Virus record (IMG/VR): IMGVR_UViG_3300025137_004926
DNA: 64,000 nt
Reading direction: 5' to 3' (one strand)
Origin: a virus
Each line of letters opens with the position of its first letter. Within the stretch, counting starts at the first letter, position 1. Under the pieces are notes generated by a model. It made no database searches. It was not told the origin of the DNA and saw nothing but the letters and a program-made list of their open reading frames with translations. This document shows, one piece after another, positions 53,201 to 63,580 of the stretch. Made by a program: the position numbers and the translations under genes.

Positions 53201-54654
53201 GATTTACTACATTCGATGGTAACTACGTATCTCTATCAAACAAACCAAGTATTCCAGCTGACTTAGGTGACTTAACTGATAACGCAAATTTATTAGGTAC
53301 TGCATCATCTATAGCATGGAATAACGTAACAAGCACACCATCAACATTAGCAGGCTACGGTATTACAGACTCATTCAGCGGTGCTTATAATGACTTGTCA
53401 GGTAAGCCTACAGCGATTACAGACATTAATCAGTTAACAGACTCAAACAGCTTGATACCAAGTGCATTAGGCGATTTGACTATGCCTTCTGGTAGTTCTG
53501 GGCAGGTTCTTACAACTGATGGTTCAGGCAACTTCACATTCTCTACAGTAAGTGGCGGTGGCGGATCATATGGTGACTCAGATGTTCAATCATACATGGG
53601 TGCTTTTGATTTTCATATCTTACCAGATACGACTGAGACATATGATATTGGTAGTGCAAATAAAAAGATTAGACACTTATTCTTAAGTGATACCTCATTA
53701 TACATTGGTAACAACACTCTTAATACAACAGGTTCAAACTTGATGTTTAATAGCCAAGACGTAATGGACTACACAAACATAAAGAATAAACCAACTATCC
53801 CTACAGATATCGATGACTTAGCAGATTCAGGAAACTTACTAGGTGGTACATCTTATACAGCAGGCACAGGATTACAACTAAACACTAATACATTTTCTTT
53901 AAATGCAAATTTAAGTGATTTACAAAACGTTTCATCTAACACTCCAAATACTGGTCAAATTCTTAAATGGTCAGGTTCAGAGTGGGCACCAGTTAATGAA
54001 ACAGGCGGTACACCAGACTTATCAGGTTCTTCCGTTGGAGATTTAAATGATGTTAATATTGCAGGTATCAGTACAGGCGAATTCTTAGCTTGGGATGGTA
54101 CTAAATTTGTAGCACAAGCAGGAAGTACAACTGATTTATCAAGCGAATCAATTACAGAATTATCTGATGTTTCTACAGATTCACCAAACAATGGTGATGT
54201 ACTAACATGGAATAGCAGTAATAGTGCATATGCACCAGCGGCACCGGCATCAGGCGGTGGAGGTGGCGGTGGAACTTCTACTGAGAAATTTAAATTAAAT
54301 TATGCAACTAACGGTAGTTTGAGTACAATATCAAACACTTCAAGTGGCGTAAGTGCAACAATTTTATCAACTACAGGCGGTGACGTAGAAATTACTTTCT
54401 CAGGTCATAGTTATCCGCCAGCTAATATATTAATATATGGTTATGCAAGAGGATCAAATGAATACCTTATCATGCCACTGAACAAAGATATATCAACTCG
54501 TAAAGTAGCGGGTGGTGGTTCAGCAGGTTCTCCGACAGCGTTCGGTTCACTAGGTTCGTCAGTGGTAACATTGAAACTTAGAGAAACAGATACAGGTGCT
54601 TCTCGTTCATTTGGTACTGATACTCATGCATGGATCATGTTTACAATGATGTAA
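50224..54654 (+). CDS. Long fibre protein with internal repeats
   Basis: 1476 aa Gly/Ser/Thr-rich; L.DL.DV...GQ.L.W repeats, Y..L..KP repeats, QTLSL repeats. Confidence 0.8.
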   Translation: MSINAQPFSPTFKLVGNLSDSQILVYDASENAFVNATNTGASGGAGLTSVSNTGTGVGVGQATGTALELKSLIAGTNLTITDNGQALVFDVTGSASPSGLTGGTNLGSGLGVIKGVDTGGTSLEAKSIAVGSGLSIAEANDTLTITLTASINGKLEISNNLADVADVATARTNLSVYSKAEADSKYLRVDNHSVPTVDNTFDLGSTTYRFNDIYAETFQGTAVLAENLSLTGTAQGDVLTWNGSTWVASQPTGGGGGGGGGVPQTLSLIGQSLTISGGNSITLPSYNDDDPFIRLDQSTVPTVTNTFDIGSSTYKYNDIYAETFQGTAVAADTLTVTGTAGQILTYNGSQWIAADNAGSGGGGNSVPQTLALNGSTLAISTGNSVDLSGIGGTTDYNNLSNKPTIPTDLSNLTDTTNLLTSGQVAQNLTLAGTQLTISSGNTVDFSGMFTDTDNQTLSFDTNNNRLTIANGNYVDLSSLSGGGGGASILNDLTDVEVASAGHIPTNGQALIWSQSMGHWMPGSVFDGDYNSLSNQPTIPSSQTLLFSGTTLSISGGNGVDLSSLSGAGAQALSLAGTQLSISGSNTVDFSGMFTDTDNQTLSFDTGTKSLTIANGNSVDLSSLGGSSVQTIDDLDDVTVTGTQDGQFLIYNNTSGEWENQTVNIPTSNQALSTTDNVQFAGIQSTGTVQAQAFEGNIYDTNGNVLLDNTSGNAGFGGNISSNGSSSFSGTVNFNGATIQNLDLALSDLTNVSSSAPSTGEVLKWDGSQWAASPDSTSSGGAGIALTDLSTGVGLQYNNVSGEFTLNAGINDLLDVSTAGLSDGQVLKWNASANRFEPDDDLVLTSTDALAEGSTNLYYRDSRVDSRIQATTSDIITEGTNNLYYTDTRVDQRLGSQLLPGANITITPGAGGILTIASTGGGSTYSDTDARAAISVSQQSASGNGSLTYSVATGTFTYTPPNLSTFSTFSGNYTDLIGKPTMPTKVSDLTNDTGFTTFDGNYVSLSNKPSIPADLGDLTDNANLLGTASSIAWNNVTSTPSTLAGYGITDSFSGAYNDLSGKPTAITDINQLTDSNSLIPSALGDLTMPSGSSGQVLTTDGSGNFTFSTVSGGGGSYGDSDVQSYMGAFDFHILPDTTETYDIGSANKKIRHLFLSDTSLYIGNNTLNTTGSNLMFNSQDVMDYTNIKNKPTIPTDIDDLADSGNLLGGTSYTAGTGLQLNTNTFSLNANLSDLQNVSSNTPNTGQILKWSGSEWAPVNETGGTPDLSGSSVGDLNDVNIAGISTGEFLAWDGTKFVAQAGSTTDLSSESITELSDVSTDSPNNGDVLTWNSSNSAYAPAAPASGGGGGGGTSTEKFKLNYATNGSLSTISNTSSGVSATILSTTGGDVEITFSGHSYPPANILIYGYARGSNEYLIMPLNKDISTRKVAGGGSAGSPTAFGSLGSSVVTLKLRETDTGASRSFGTDTHAWIMFTMM

Positions 54655-54671
54655 GAATAGGAATACTTTGA

Positions 54672-56717
54672 ATGGCGATTAATTATAAGACTAGTGCAAT
54701 CGACCTAAACGTCCCGGCTAAAGTTCTTCCCTGTAACGTCTTATCAGCAACTCCATTAGCTAATTGGGAGTATGATGATGGAAAAGGGGATCCGTGGTGG
54801 TCAGGTGGCGGTAACGCCAAATCCTATAGATGGGAAATAAGCATGACTGTAACAACAATACAGCATGGTTCTCATTTAACAAGAACACCAAGACAGTTTA
54901 ACGGTTATGATATTGTAGTAGGTGATTTTATCGCAGGTGCAACTGACGGTCGTGCATTGCAAATTGTAAGTATTTCATCAAAAACAGCATTCACAATAAC
55001 ATGTCAAGTAGAAGATAGACTAAGATACAATACATTTAGAAGTGCATCAGGTACAGGTATATTTAACGTACCAGGTGGTGCAGTAGTATTTCAAATTAAT
55101 GAAGAAGGTGATCCTATGTTGGATCCACTTCCAACTGGTATTGTTTCAAGTGACTTCTACGCAAATGTTAACTCACGTTTCAAATATCTAAACCCTCAGA
55201 TGAACTATGTACTTGAACAACCTAGTAATACATTCGAAGAAGGTGATGTAATTTGTATGAATTCATCAACAGGTGCATTTGAATTAGCGGCTCCAGGCAA
55301 TATTTCAAGATTAGTTGGAACTGTGACACATCCAGGTTTAGGTCCAAATAGATTTTTATTAAGACCAGCTAATGGTGTTATTGATTTTGTTCCAGGGTTA
55401 CCAGGAAATAAAGGTGACTTTGTTTATCCTGCAGTTGATGGTTCAGGAGATTTAACTCTAACAGATACAGGTGTTGCTATTTTTTTAAAATTAGTAGATG
55501 CAGTTCCTAGTATTACACGTGGTACTGTAATTAATGGACAAGCTACAGCAGGCGACACCATGAATGTTAACGGTGAAGATGTTGTTTTTATAACAAGTAG
55601 TCTAGGTAATGTATCAGTTCAAAATGCAGTTACAGATATTAATGCAAAAACATCAGACCATAAAGTAACAGCATCAGCAAGCCCAGCCCCAAATGAAATA
55701 ACATCAGATATTAACACATATGGTTCGGCATACGGTCTTATTGGTGGTTTTGCACCGTTCTCAGCTTCAATCAATGGCTCAGTAATAAACTTTAGTACGA
55801 CAGCGGCAGGACAAGCCGCATATGGTATGGCGGTTGCTATTGCAGACGATATGGCCGCAGATATTAATGCGGCAGGTATTACTGATATTACAGCATCAGT
55901 AAATTCAGGTAACTTAGTTATAAGTCAAGCACAAGGTAGTGCTATCACCATCGTTAATACAACACCGGATGCAAATAATAATAACTTTGCGGGCATGAAT
56001 TCATGTGCATCATTAGGACTAACTTATGCAGGTAGTTCTAACGTTTTTGTTCTTCAACTAGAAAGACAAGATGGTGGTGAAATTATAATACAAGACTCTG
56101 TAGGTTCAAGTACTACTGACTTTGGAATTTTAAGTGGACATACAGGTTCATATGCTGTTGGTCTTAATGTTGAACAAGGTGTTCGTAAAGCAGGAACTAC
56201 AGTTGTTTCTACTATAGCGGCACGTGACGCTATTCCAGTTAAATTGTCAGGTGATAGCGTTTATATTCTTGACACTGGACAAGGTGAATGGGCGATGCAC
56301 GTATGGGATGGGACACAATGGAATATTGTTGCCACACAAGATAGTGCGTCCACAGATGCAAACTCTTTATCACACACATATACAATGCCAAGTTCATCAT
56401 TTGGTACTACAGAAGTTGTAACTCTAGGTCGTATATCAGATAACTCTAGGGTTGTAAGCGTTCTTGTAGAAGTTGTTACACCATTAACAGGTTATGCTGG
56501 AGGACCTAATAATTTAGTACCATCATTAGAAATAGGTACAGTAGCAGAACCGGATAGATTTATGACAGAAGACCAGAATGATATCGAAGGTACAGGTTCA
56601 TATACTACAACTCCAGATTTTCATTATGCGGGCGCAACTGAATTAGAGATTAAATGTTCAATGGAACACTTAAATGCAACTGCTGGCCAAGTAAAAGTCA
56701 CAGTAACATACGTATAA
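54672..56717 (+). CDS. Putative virion structural protein
   Basis: 681 aa beta-rich protein in the late structural block. Confidence 0.7.
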   Translation: MAINYKTSAIDLNVPAKVLPCNVLSATPLANWEYDDGKGDPWWSGGGNAKSYRWEISMTVTTIQHGSHLTRTPRQFNGYDIVVGDFIAGATDGRALQIVSISSKTAFTITCQVEDRLRYNTFRSASGTGIFNVPGGAVVFQINEEGDPMLDPLPTGIVSSDFYANVNSRFKYLNPQMNYVLEQPSNTFEEGDVICMNSSTGAFELAAPGNISRLVGTVTHPGLGPNRFLLRPANGVIDFVPGLPGNKGDFVYPAVDGSGDLTLTDTGVAIFLKLVDAVPSITRGTVINGQATAGDTMNVNGEDVVFITSSLGNVSVQNAVTDINAKTSDHKVTASASPAPNEITSDINTYGSAYGLIGGFAPFSASINGSVINFSTTAAGQAAYGMAVAIADDMAADINAAGITDITASVNSGNLVISQAQGSAITIVNTTPDANNNNFAGMNSCASLGLTYAGSSNVFVLQLERQDGGEIIIQDSVGSSTTDFGILSGHTGSYAVGLNVEQGVRKAGTTVVSTIAARDAIPVKLSGDSVYILDTGQGEWAMHVWDGTQWNIVATQDSASTDANSLSHTYTMPSSSFGTTEVVTLGRISDNSRVVSVLVEVVTPLTGYAGGPNNLVPSLEIGTVAEPDRFMTEDQNDIEGTGSYTTTPDFHYAGATELEIKCSMEHLNATAGQVKVTVTYV

Positions 56718-56930
56718 ACTACGCATAAAACACACTTCACCAAACAGCTAAATACAATCAGTAAGAGTTTTACCGGTCTTAATGACTGATGTTCTTAATC
56801 TTTTACCATTACTGATGTTTCTTCCGGTAATCACATTTCAATAAAATTGAGAAAATATAGATGGGCGTATTGTATATTCAATATTATGCGTCTTAACCTT
56901 AAAAGCTAATATTTCTAAGGAGAAACTAAA

Positions 56931-59900
56931 ATGGCTGACATTAAAAACTTTGGTATCCGTGGTATTGGTGCTGACGTTCAGTTCGGTAAGTCGGGCGGTC
57001 GTGTTGTATATGATTCAGGTAATTCCCTGTTCAAAGTAACAACTGACGGTACTACACTTGGCAACATGAACGTGGCAACACCTACATCGGATAACCATGC
57101 GGCAAATAAAAGCTATGTTGACTCAGTAGCGGCCGGTCTTGACGTAAAAGACTCGGTACGTGTTGCGACAACTGGCTCCGTCACAATTGGAACTCCGGCG
57201 TCTACAATAGACGGCGTGAATCTAAGTGCTGGCGATAGAATCCTTGTAAAGGATCAAACAACTCAAAGCGAAAACGGCATTTACGCCTATGACTCAAGTG
57301 GACTAACAAGAACATCTGACATGGACGAAGCTGGCGAATTCGTAGGTGCATTCTTCTTTGTTGAAGAAGGTACTGTAAACTCAGACCAAGGTTACGTTAT
57401 GACTTCTGATGGCCCAATTACAGTTGGTTCATCAAACATCGTATTCACTAAATTTACTGGTACAGGCCAAATCACAGCTGGTGACGCCTTATCAAAATCA
57501 GGTAATACACTAAACGTAAACGTTGATGGTACTTACATTATGGTTAATGGTTCAGACGAACTAACAATCAAAGGTACTACAACAACTGGTCAATCACTAT
57601 TATCAGATGGTTCAGGCGGCGTAGCTTATGGCTCAGTTGACCTAACATCATCAGATGCAGTGTCAGGTGCTCTAGGCTTAGCCAATGGTGGCTTAGGTGT
57701 AGATGCATCACAAACATCAGGTAAAGGTACTGCAAGAACAAACTTGGGTCTTGGATCAATTTCAACTCAAGATGCTAACGCAGTAGCAATCACTGGTGGT
57801 ACTGTAGACCTATCAGGTGGTACATTAACTCTAGCAAACGACCAATTATCAGGTGACGTTATTTCTGGTGGTACAATCGACGGTGCTTCACTACAAGGTG
57901 GCGCTGGCGTAACTATCTCTCAGTTTGATGTAACTGTAGGTGCTGGTAAAACACTAGACGTTGACGGAACACTAGACGTAGACGGTGCGGCAGGTTCAGC
58001 AATGGACAACGTAATCATCGGTGCAACAACATCGGCGGCAGGTACATTCTCAACAATGGCAACTGATGCGGCTGATATTAACGGTGGTAACATTGATGCA
58101 ACAGTTATTGGTGCTACAACGGCGGCGAATGCCACTTTTGCAGATGCTAACGTAACTGGTACTCTAAAAGTTGACGAAATTGAAGCGTACACTACAAATG
58201 GCGACATTACTTTCAACTCACTAATCGTTACAACACAAGGTATTAACGTTGCTGGTGCAGGCATCTCAGGTGCAGGTTCAACAACAACTGATACTCTAAA
58301 CGTTGACACAATTAATGAAAAAACTGTAGGTAATGGTGTTACTGTAGATGGCGTAGTACTAAAAGATGCTGGCGTAGCCGCAACTGGTACTTCAACATTC
58401 TCAGACGCAACATTAACAACTGCCGATATTAACGGTGGTACAGTAGATGCAACTATTATTGGTGCAACTACATCAGCGGCTGGTACGTTCTCAACTATGA
58501 CTACAGCAGGTGCGGCAATTTCAGGCGGCACAATCGCAGGTACGGCAATCGATATGACTGGTCAAACTTTGACTTTTGATAACGATGCTATCTCAGGTGA
58601 TAAAATCGATGGCGGAACAATTTCAGACTTCGCTTCAACAGGTATCGATGACAACGCAACATCTACACAGGTAACTGTAGCAGATGCTGGTGTAACATTC
58701 GGTGCAGACGTTACAGTAACTGGTGACTTAACAGTTAACGGTACTTTAACATCAATCAATACAACAAACACTGAAATCACTGACAACTCAATCGTTTTAA
58801 ACAACGGTGAATCAGGTGCAGGCGTAACAGCCGGTACAGCTGGTCTTGAGATTGACAGAGGTACAGCCGACAATGCGACATTCCAGTGGAATGAGACAGA
58901 TGACGTTTTTGAACTAAAAGTAGGTACTGCACTAGCAGACTTGCGTATTGGTGCTCAAGCAATGGACTCAATCTCAGTTGATAACATCGGTGAACTAACA
59001 AATGGTGCAGGCATTACATTTGATAATGCTGTAACAGGTTCAGATGCAACGTTCTCTGGTTCAGTTTCAGTAGATACTATTAGTGAAAACTCAGTAGGTA
59101 ACGGTGTTGGAATCGATGGTGCATCTATTAAAGACGGTGTTCTAACTGGTGGCGTAACTCTAGGCGGATCGGACACAGCAGATTTATCAGCTGGTACGCT
59201 AACTCTAGCAAACGACCAAATCTCAGGTGACAAAATTGAAGGTGGTACAATTAATGCTATCACAATCAATACAATGACATCTGGTACAGTAGATATCGAC
59301 GGCGGTGCAATCGACGGAACAACAATCGGTGGTGGTACATCAGCGGCTGGTACGTTCTCAACATTAACTTCTGACTCAGTTGACTTAAATGGCGGTGCTA
59401 TTGACGGCGCAATAATTGGTGCAAACGCATCAGCGGCGGCAACTTTCACAACTATGGCAACAGACAGTGCAGATATCAACGGTGGCGCTATTGATGGTAC
59501 AATTATCGGTGGTACAACTCCAGCGGCAGTAACAGCTTCAACGCTAAATTCTGCTAACGCACAAATCACAGGTGGTGCAATTACAGGTGCAAACTTGACT
59601 TCATCAGTTGTTGATTTTGACGGTGGTAATATCGATGCAACAGTAATAGGTTCAGCAACTTCGGCGGCTGGTACTTTCTCTACTCTAACATCAAATAACG
59701 TAACACTAACAGGCGGTTCAGCTTCATTGGCTACAGTAACAGCGACAAACCTAAACTCAGGTAACGCTACAATTACTGGTGGTTCAGTTGCAGGTACGGA
59801 CGTTGACATGAGTGGTCAAACTCTAACATTAGATGCTGACTCAATCAATGGCGACAAAGTACACGGTGGCTCAATCTCAGCGGCTAACTTAGCTGGTACA

Positions 59901-61712
59901 ACAGGTAACACTATCGGCGGTTATGACATCACAGTTGGTGCAGGCAAAACTTTAGACGTATCTTCAGGTACTCTAACTCTTGCGGCTGACCAAATCTCTG
60001 GTGACTCTATCGACGGTGGAACTATCTCTGACTTTGCTTCAACAGGTATTGATGATAATGCTACAGCAACTAAAATCACATTAGATGATACAGATGCTAC
60101 ATTCGGTGTTAACATTGATGCAGGTGCAAATACGCTTGACGCAGGCGCTTCAACTCTAGCTTCATTGACAGTTACAGGCAATGCAGTTGTAAACGGTGAC
60201 TTAACAGTTTCAGGTTCAGTAACTACTACTCTATCAGAAACAGTAAACATCGAAGACAACACTATTGTTTTAAACTCAAATGAAACTGGTGCTCCATCAC
60301 AAGACGGTGGTATCGAAGTAAATCGTGGTACTTCTGACAATGCGGCTATCAACTGGAACGAAACAACAGACCGTTGGGAAGCAAAAGTTGGTTCAACACT
60401 AGCAGACGTATCAGTTAATGATATGGTAGTTAACGAAATCACACTAGCTAACGCTCTTCCATTAGACATGGGTGGTACGCATACTGATACTTCAAGTTTT
60501 GCGGCATCATCACTAATGACTATGGACGGCTCAGGTGGCGTGACTGAAATGGCTAAAGGCGCTAACTCAACAGTACTTAAAGTAAATGGTTCTGGTGCGT
60601 TAGGTTATGCTCAAGTTGATTTAACAACAGACGTTACTGGTACAATGCCAATCGCTAATGGTGGTACAGGTATAACTTCTGCAGGTTCAGACAACAAAGT
60701 AATGACATCAGACGGTTCAGCACTTGCAATGGAATACATCCAGCAAGTACGTAACTCATCAGGTGTTAAAGTTGTAGATGCGGCTAACGCCTCATCAGGA
60801 ACAGCAGAATTCCTAGACTTAACTAACGCGGCAGGCAAGTTAACACTTACAGCCAAAAACGCATCAGGTTCAGGCGCAGTAGATATGTATCTACAAGGTC
60901 AGAACGGTGGTGACGTATTCATCGTAGGTCAATCAGGTGAAGCCTTAATTCAAGGTGAAGCAGATACAGACTTAACAGTAGCAGGTGGTGATTCATCAGC
61001 TGGTGCGGCCGGTGACTTGGTACTTAAAGGTGGTAACGGTTCAGCTAACGGTGCCTCAGGTGCAGTTGTTATCAAAGGCGGTAACGGCGGTTCAGCAGAC
61101 GGTAACGTTCAACTTATGAGTGCAGATGACGAAGCTATCGCTACATTTACTGCTACAGCAAGTGCAGTTGATAACTTTGAATTCCACAATGGTACTGGCG
61201 GTGTAGAACTTCATTCAGAAGGTACTACAGCGGACATTAACATTACACTAGCACCAAAAGGTGACGGTCTTGTATTAGCTCCAGGTTCATACGACATGTC
61301 AGGTGGCGGAAACAAAGCATTCGCAACCAAAGACTATGTTGATGGCGCGGCGGCTGGTTCCGTTGACTTTGGTGTACGTAGAGTGGCATTCGCGGCGAAC
61401 GGTTCTTCATCGTTTGCTATCGGTACTGTAGCTAACGTTTCAGGCAAATCTTACTACGTTTCTAGAATCACTGTTAAAGTGACTACAGCATTCGTAGGTG
61501 CAGACGAACTAACTATCTCAGATGGTTCAGCTACACTAGTAGGAGTAAATGACGTGGATCTATCAGACGGTGGAATCTATGTTATGGATCTTGGTTTTGA
61601 AACAGCAACAGCAGGTGGTTCAACACTAACAGCATCTATCGGTAACGGTGGATCAAGTGCTTCACCATCAACTGGTAATGTTATCGTAACAGCGGAGTAC
61701 AAGCAAATCTAA
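56931..61712 (+). CDS. Long fibre or decoration protein with ADINGG.ID.T.IG repeats
   Basis: 1593 aa; NKSYVD, VRVATT and GDRILVKDQ...NGIY fibre motifs; AAGGAG RBS; own late promoter (56749-56754) and terminator. Confidence 0.8.
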   Translation: MADIKNFGIRGIGADVQFGKSGGRVVYDSGNSLFKVTTDGTTLGNMNVATPTSDNHAANKSYVDSVAAGLDVKDSVRVATTGSVTIGTPASTIDGVNLSAGDRILVKDQTTQSENGIYAYDSSGLTRTSDMDEAGEFVGAFFFVEEGTVNSDQGYVMTSDGPITVGSSNIVFTKFTGTGQITAGDALSKSGNTLNVNVDGTYIMVNGSDELTIKGTTTTGQSLLSDGSGGVAYGSVDLTSSDAVSGALGLANGGLGVDASQTSGKGTARTNLGLGSISTQDANAVAITGGTVDLSGGTLTLANDQLSGDVISGGTIDGASLQGGAGVTISQFDVTVGAGKTLDVDGTLDVDGAAGSAMDNVIIGATTSAAGTFSTMATDAADINGGNIDATVIGATTAANATFADANVTGTLKVDEIEAYTTNGDITFNSLIVTTQGINVAGAGISGAGSTTTDTLNVDTINEKTVGNGVTVDGVVLKDAGVAATGTSTFSDATLTTADINGGTVDATIIGATTSAAGTFSTMTTAGAAISGGTIAGTAIDMTGQTLTFDNDAISGDKIDGGTISDFASTGIDDNATSTQVTVADAGVTFGADVTVTGDLTVNGTLTSINTTNTEITDNSIVLNNGESGAGVTAGTAGLEIDRGTADNATFQWNETDDVFELKVGTALADLRIGAQAMDSISVDNIGELTNGAGITFDNAVTGSDATFSGSVSVDTISENSVGNGVGIDGASIKDGVLTGGVTLGGSDTADLSAGTLTLANDQISGDKIEGGTINAITINTMTSGTVDIDGGAIDGTTIGGGTSAAGTFSTLTSDSVDLNGGAIDGAIIGANASAAATFTTMATDSADINGGAIDGTIIGGTTPAAVTASTLNSANAQITGGAITGANLTSSVVDFDGGNIDATVIGSATSAAGTFSTLTSNNVTLTGGSASLATVTATNLNSGNATITGGSVAGTDVDMSGQTLTLDADSINGDKVHGGSISAANLAGTTGNTIGGYDITVGAGKTLDVSSGTLTLAADQISGDSIDGGTISDFASTGIDDNATATKITLDDTDATFGVNIDAGANTLDAGASTLASLTVTGNAVVNGDLTVSGSVTTTLSETVNIEDNTIVLNSNETGAPSQDGGIEVNRGTSDNAAINWNETTDRWEAKVGSTLADVSVNDMVVNEITLANALPLDMGGTHTDTSSFAASSLMTMDGSGGVTEMAKGANSTVLKVNGSGALGYAQVDLTTDVTGTMPIANGGTGITSAGSDNKVMTSDGSALAMEYIQQVRNSSGVKVVDAANASSGTAEFLDLTNAAGKLTLTAKNASGSGAVDMYLQGQNGGDVFIVGQSGEALIQGEADTDLTVAGGDSSAGAAGDLVLKGGNGSANGASGAVVIKGGNGGSADGNVQLMSADDEAIATFTATASAVDNFEFHNGTGGVELHSEGTTADINITLAPKGDGLVLAPGSYDMSGGGNKAFATKDYVDGAAAGSVDFGVRRVAFAANGSSSFAIGTVANVSGKSYYVSRITVKVTTAFVGADELTISDGSATLVGVNDVDLSDGGIYVMDLGFETATAGGSTLTASIGNGGSSASPSTGNVIVTAEYKQI

Positions 61713-61740
61713 TTTGTTTAATACTTAGTATACACATTGA

Positions 61741-61769
61741 GAGAGCCGAGAAATCGGCTCTCTTTTTTT
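61741..61769 (+). terminator. Intrinsic terminator
   Basis: GAGAGCCGA-gaaa-TCGGCTCTC followed by T7. Confidence 0.92.
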
Positions 61770-61868
61770 ACCTCTGCAATTCCACAATAAAGATAAATAG
61801 ATAAGTAACAATATAACTTAACGACAGTGAGAAATCACTGACTTTAAAAACAGAACGTTGAGGAAGAC

Positions 61869-62666
61869 ATGGCAGTAGTATTAAACGCAAAAGGTACCAG
61901 TGTACCTTACTTTAAAATAGGCAAATCTGGAATTACCCTCTACCAGGGCGGTAACGACCCTCATTCTTCATTAGGATATGCAGTAGCAGAACATGACATT
62001 TGGATTGATACAAATGACAAAACTGTTAAATTTAGAACAGCTTCTAATACATGGGATCCAATTGCAGATAATTTAGATGATTTAACAGACGTAGACTTAA
62101 CAGGTTTAGCTGATGGTAATTTTCTAAGATATAATTCAACATCATCAATGTGGGAAGTACACGAAGTTACTGGCGGACTTGCTAGTGATTGGGGTAGTAT
62201 AGCACAAAATCCAATAACATTTGATGGGTATAGTGGTGATATTTGGACAGTAAACACAGCATCAAGTACAGCGGCATATAGTGATAATGTGTCAATCGGT
62301 GGAAACCTTTCAGTAACAGGTAATGCAACTATATCTGGTAATCTTACATTCGGTAATGCAGATACAGATACAGTGGCGCTATCAGCCGAAATCGTTTCTA
62401 ATATTGTACCAGATGCAGATGCAACTTACGATTTAGGTTCAAGTACTAAAACTTGGAATGATGTTTATGCATCAGGAACAGTTGGTTCATCGGCTACAGG
62501 TGCTTTACAATTTCCAATAGGAACCACTGCACAGAGACCAGGTTCAGCAACATCAGGTATGGTTAGATTTAATTCGACTACTAGTAGATTTGAAGGCTAT
62601 AATGGTAGTGCATGGATTAACATCGATGTACCAGATGATTGGGGCTCAGTAGCGGATACTCCATAA
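61869..62666 (+). CDS. Putative virion fibre-associated protein
   Basis: TAAATA at 61794-61799; P.GTTAQRP...G.RFN...FEGY.G..W motif. Confidence 0.75.
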   Translation: MAVVLNAKGTSVPYFKIGKSGITLYQGGNDPHSSLGYAVAEHDIWIDTNDKTVKFRTASNTWDPIADNLDDLTDVDLTGLADGNFLRYNSTSSMWEVHEVTGGLASDWGSIAQNPITFDGYSGDIWTVNTASSTAAYSDNVSIGGNLSVTGNATISGNLTFGNADTDTVALSAEIVSNIVPDADATYDLGSSTKTWNDVYASGTVGSSATGALQFPIGTTAQRPGSATSGMVRFNSTTSRFEGYNGSAWINIDVPDDWGSVADTP

Positions 62667-63262
62667 TGATTTATCCAGTAGTCTTTTGGCCTGGGTCTTA
62701 TGGGAGTGTAGTTTGTCATTTTATAAATCTACACAGAAACTTCTATCAGTTACCTCATGCCTTTACTCCAACTCAATTCGGAATTGCAAGACAATTAGAT
62801 GGTCCTTTACACATTGATAAAGAAGGTAATTTTCTAATCAATAAAAAAGGTAGAAGACCCTTGAATGCACACGTTAAGAATATTATAGATACCTACGATA
62901 TTGCAGTAAAAACACCTGCTCCTCATGAAATACTTGATATAAATGATTTTACAAATATAAAACCTATAGTTATTATCCCAGATAAAGAAGATTTACTATG
63001 GCGTATAGAAGATAAAAATGAATATCTTCATCAACCTTTATCCATGCCTGCTACACATGAATATAATCAGTGGTTAGAAGATATTGGAAAATATAATCAT
63101 TATAAATTAGATATCAATGATTTTTGGTCTTGGGGCGATATGCGTGATGCTAAAGATTTAGATGAATCTTACTTAAAATTTTGTGAATATATTAATAGCG
63201 ACCCTAGACCTACTGTAGGTCTTGATATCTCAAGAATAGAGTGGTTCGTTAGAAATGAATAG
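62666..63262 (+). CDS. Hypothetical protein (sulfotransferase-like N-terminus)
   Basis: VFWPGSYGS motif; start at ATG 62666. Confidence 0.55.
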   Translation: MIYPVVFWPGSYGSVVCHFINLHRNFYQLPHAFTPTQFGIARQLDGPLHIDKEGNFLINKKGRRPLNAHVKNIIDTYDIAVKTPAPHEILDINDFTNIKPIVIIPDKEDLLWRIEDKNEYLHQPLSMPATHEYNQWLEDIGKYNHYKLDINDFWSWGDMRDAKDLDESYLKFCEYINSDPRPTVGLDISRIEWFVRNE

Positions 63263-63512
63263 TAAAGATATGTTTGAAATACTACAAGAGTGGTATAAAG
63301 AACGTAAACGTCATAAAGACAAATCCTTTAAAGAATGGCTTAAACATGTAGGCGGTCTATGGACGTCCAAAGAAGAATGGGCTAAATTAGGTCGTTGGGA
63401 AACATGGAAACAACCAGCAAAAGATACCGGAAAAGGCATCGGAAAGATGTTTTTAACTAAATTACTCACAGTAATAATCATTATAATTGTAGCTACCCTG
63501 TTCAATCTCTAA
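63255..63512 (+). CDS. Hypothetical membrane protein
   Basis: C-terminal TM segment. Confidence 0.6.
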   Translation: MNSKDMFEILQEWYKERKRHKDKSFKEWLKHVGGLWTSKEEWAKLGRWETWKQPAKDTGKGIGKMFLTKLLTVIIIIIVATLFNL

Positions 63513-63580
63513 TATTTTGTGTTTCTCAAATGATAAATACATATGATGAGAGCATTAATAACAAGGCAAGGGACATTATA

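Noticed and set aside
57577-60856. Several long minus-strand ORFs inside the 1593 aa gene
   Set aside because: Antisense shadows caused by biased codon usage in the repetitive fibre gene.
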